Shown here: one piece after another, positions 61,347 through 64,000 of the stretch
How the letters are laid out: each line of letters begins with the position of its first letter
How positions within the stretch are numbered: the stretch's first letter is position 1
Source: Octopus sinensis
Lineage: Eukaryota
Length of the DNA stretch: 64,000 nt
Direction: 5' to 3'
Assembly: GCF_006345805.1 (NCBI RefSeq)
Contig: NC_043003.1
Span: 92,938,001-93,002,000 of the forward strand
Translations under genes and position numbers: made by a program
The notes under the pieces: generated by a model
Seen by the model: only the letters and a program-made list of their open reading frames with translations
Databases searched by the model: none
Told to the model about the DNA's origin: nothing

Positions 61347-62219
61347 AATATTAATACTTTCTTATTGTAAAGTATAATGCAACCTAATCTATATTCTGTG
61401 TTTCATTCTGAAAAATGAATTACAAAGCGTCAAAGCAGAAAATGTTCTGCAGTATTTGTTTCAGCTTTTATTTTCTCAATTCAAATCTCACTGAGTTCAA
61501 TTTTGTCAATGAGTAAAGTACTGGGATTAATGTAATGGAATATCACAGCCAACTAAAATCGTTCACTTTATGCCAAAATTTGAAACTCTGTGAACTGAAT
61601 ATAAGAACTGCATTAAATTTGCATGTATGATTATGATAAACAAGTAAATTTTCATGAAAGGTGACAAAAGATAGCTAAAAGGTAAAAAAAAAACACCAAA
61701 TAAAATAAAAAACACCTGGCTATTGGGAAGTGGGTATTTACCTTCTTCTCACCCCAGTTTTAATTTCAATCATTTTATTCTTTTCTTCTGTGTACAGAGG
61801 CTCCGTTATGTCTGGGTTTTTAAAAAAATATTTTTAGGTGCTTGCAGGTGATTGGTAATGTCATATAGTAGTAGCTGCATGAACTTGAGCTTGCTGCATG
61901 TAAATAGGTTCTGCACTAAATTCAATGACTCTTTTATTTTATGTGGTCATAGTCTTGTAAGCAACTGGAACAAGAAACCTATTGGTGAGTTTACTGAGTA
62001 ATACATTATCTTATGTGTCTTTTTTCTTTTTTTTTTTTGACACAGTGTTGTATGACCCAAGCGAGATTCAGCTGCTGTTATTTGCAAGTCAATTGATCAC
62101 ATAGAGGCTCATTCATTGTGACTGTGTTCTTTGTAGTTTGCTGTGGAGAGCCAAGAGTTTGGATAGAATATGACAGATTTGTGATCTTAGAACAGTTGAT
62201 AAAACAGTTGAATGGTGAT

Positions 62220-62375
62220 ATTTATTATTACTTATACTTATTATTACACTTATACTTATACTTATTATTACAAGTATAATACTTATTATTACAAGCTGTC
62301 GTTCACTTATTATACTTATTATACTTATTACTTATTATTATAAACTTGTGTTTATTATTAAAAGCTGTTATTCAC
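62220..62375. repeat. AT-rich minisatellite-like array (CTTATTA / CTTATA units)
   Basis: Directly visible. Confidence 0.8.
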
Positions 62376-63345
62376 TTAAAAGTTTAAAGTGAAAGATTTT
62401 GTCATTCGGGTTTTCTCAAGAAAATAAAAGAATGACAGAAACTTTTAACATTTGCCAATGTAGGTCAGTACTACTATCAATGGTATTGCATAGAAGACAT
62501 TTGCCAAAGGTGCCATGCAGTGGGATTGAACCCCAAACTACATGGCTTGGAAATAAGCTACTTAACCACACAACCATGCCAAGATCCAGAATAGTAATTT
62601 GAAATGGTAGTAGATTTACTGAATTGTTAGAGCAATGGATAAAATGCTTTGCAGTAATTCCGAACATTCTCATTACATTCTTTATTGAGATGCCACCAAA
62701 GTTGATTTTTAACTTTCATTCTTCTATGCTTGATAAATTAAGTACCAGCCAATTACTGGAGGTTGATATAATCAACAGCAAGCTGTTATATGATGCCTGC
62801 ATATGGTGGTTCCAGTGGCTAAAGAACTCCTTTGGAGGCCTACAGGCAATGACGCTTTGTGTCATACGAAGGTATTGACACACTAGGGAGTTGTCAAAGA
62901 GCGCCGTGTGTTTAGGAGCTTAATGCTTATCTATGTATAATGTGCAATGCATGTAAGTTAACCATGCAGAAGCCACAGTGCTTTGCTTTGCATTGCACAG
63001 GAAGCTATAATACTGATAAGGTGGCCTTGATTGCATCTGAAGAGATACTCAGCATAAGTGCCTAATGATCCAGAAATGATAATATACACACATGCACCCC
63101 CCCATCCACACACACACACACACAGAGTTAAACCTAGTTAATCTCCTTTTATCATACTTAACATTCAAACATTCCAGAATGGAGTTAATTATCTAGTTGT
63201 TCATTTAATTATTTTTTATTTCAGCCTTTTCCTTTGTACAACAGTCTACAATATAATTGGGTTTAGTGTGGTGCTATGTAGAAATATATAGATATATAAA
63301 ACAAACATATAAACACTGTTGAGCAGGTGTAAGTATAATAATAAC

Positions 63346-63409
<64 letters not shown>

Positions 63410-63412
<3 letters not shown>

Positions 63413-63590
63413 TGCACGTGCCTGGTGTACCCTTATCAGATGGGTAGTCATGATGGGTATATTGGGCTTCGTATATTTTACCCCAGTGTCACTTTGATGG
63501 CATGAACCGCTCTCTCACTCAATAATAATAATAATGATGAATTATTGTATACAGTGCTCAGGTGCACCACAAGCTCAGGTGCACCACAAG
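63410..63590. mobile_element. Tail-to-tail LINE 3' ends: (AAT)n-tailed family on + (63410-63540) and CR1 tail on - (63543-63590)
   Basis: Matches 25120-25260 and 48375-48405 respectively. 18-bp tandem GCTCAGGTGCACCACAA(G). Confidence 0.7.
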
Positions 63591-63960
63591 GAAATTATCA
63601 GGAAATTATGTGTGCTGTGCAGTTTTCATTTGTATTTAAGCTACAGTCCTTCTTGCACAATATCTCCAATAACCACCAGCAAAGTCATAATACACTTCTA
63701 CACAATTATTTGACAGCCAAAACAAAACACAAAAAAAAGGAAAAAATAAAGGATATATTGTGAGCACCCTGGATTAAAATAAATCAGAGCTGATCTAGGC
63801 AACACAGTAACAACAACAACAACAACAATGCTATCTACCTGCAATCAATAGCCTATTCAGGATGTAGAGGTTTATGAGATTGACTCTAAGAAGAAAGCCT
63901 TCAATAGAAACATTACAATTTTACTTCCTTCTATGACTTGGTATATTGCGTAGTTGTCTG

Positions 63961-64000
63961 AGGTGGTGAGCTGGCGGAATTGTTAGCCTGCCAGATGAAA
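63961..64000 (+). mobile_element. SINE family A head, cut by window end
   Basis: AGGTGGTGAGCTGGCGGAATTGTTAGC. Confidence 0.7.

Overview
AT-rich, microsatellite-dense eukaryotic genomic DNA. The SINE, RTE, mariner and Penelope-type repeat mix suggests an octopus genome (inference from repeat recognition; no database search was run). One protein-coding gene is well supported: a small heat-shock / alpha-crystallin-domain protein on + (CDS 40108-40350 joined to 41480-41746, 169 aa, C-terminal IxI motif). It has a probable spliced 5' UTR, a competing donor at 40030/40031 and a consensus donor 61 nt after the stop. Most of the rest is transposon debris: three near-full-length decayed DD34D mariners, a DD37D maT element, RTE, R4/Dong-like and CR1 LINE remnants, hAT-, piggyBac- and mariner-derived MITEs, a probable Helitron 3' end and many tRNA-derived SINE copies. 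The most notable unexplained signal is a set of type I hammerhead ribozyme motifs: six well-formed copies and about five degenerate ones, from several unrelated Penelope/retrozyme-like non-coding elements, most with a self-complementary stem III. They include a ~600-bp near-perfect spacerless palindrome with a hammerhead at each outer end (27693-28883), a 561-bp unit present in 1.36 tandem copies (8664-9427), and an intact-looking sense-strand hammerhead about 1.7 kb upstream of the sHSP exon (38217-38312). Nearly all ORFs in the supplied track are translations of microsatellites or decayed transposons. All folding, splicing and family calls were made by eye and need computational and experimental confirmation.
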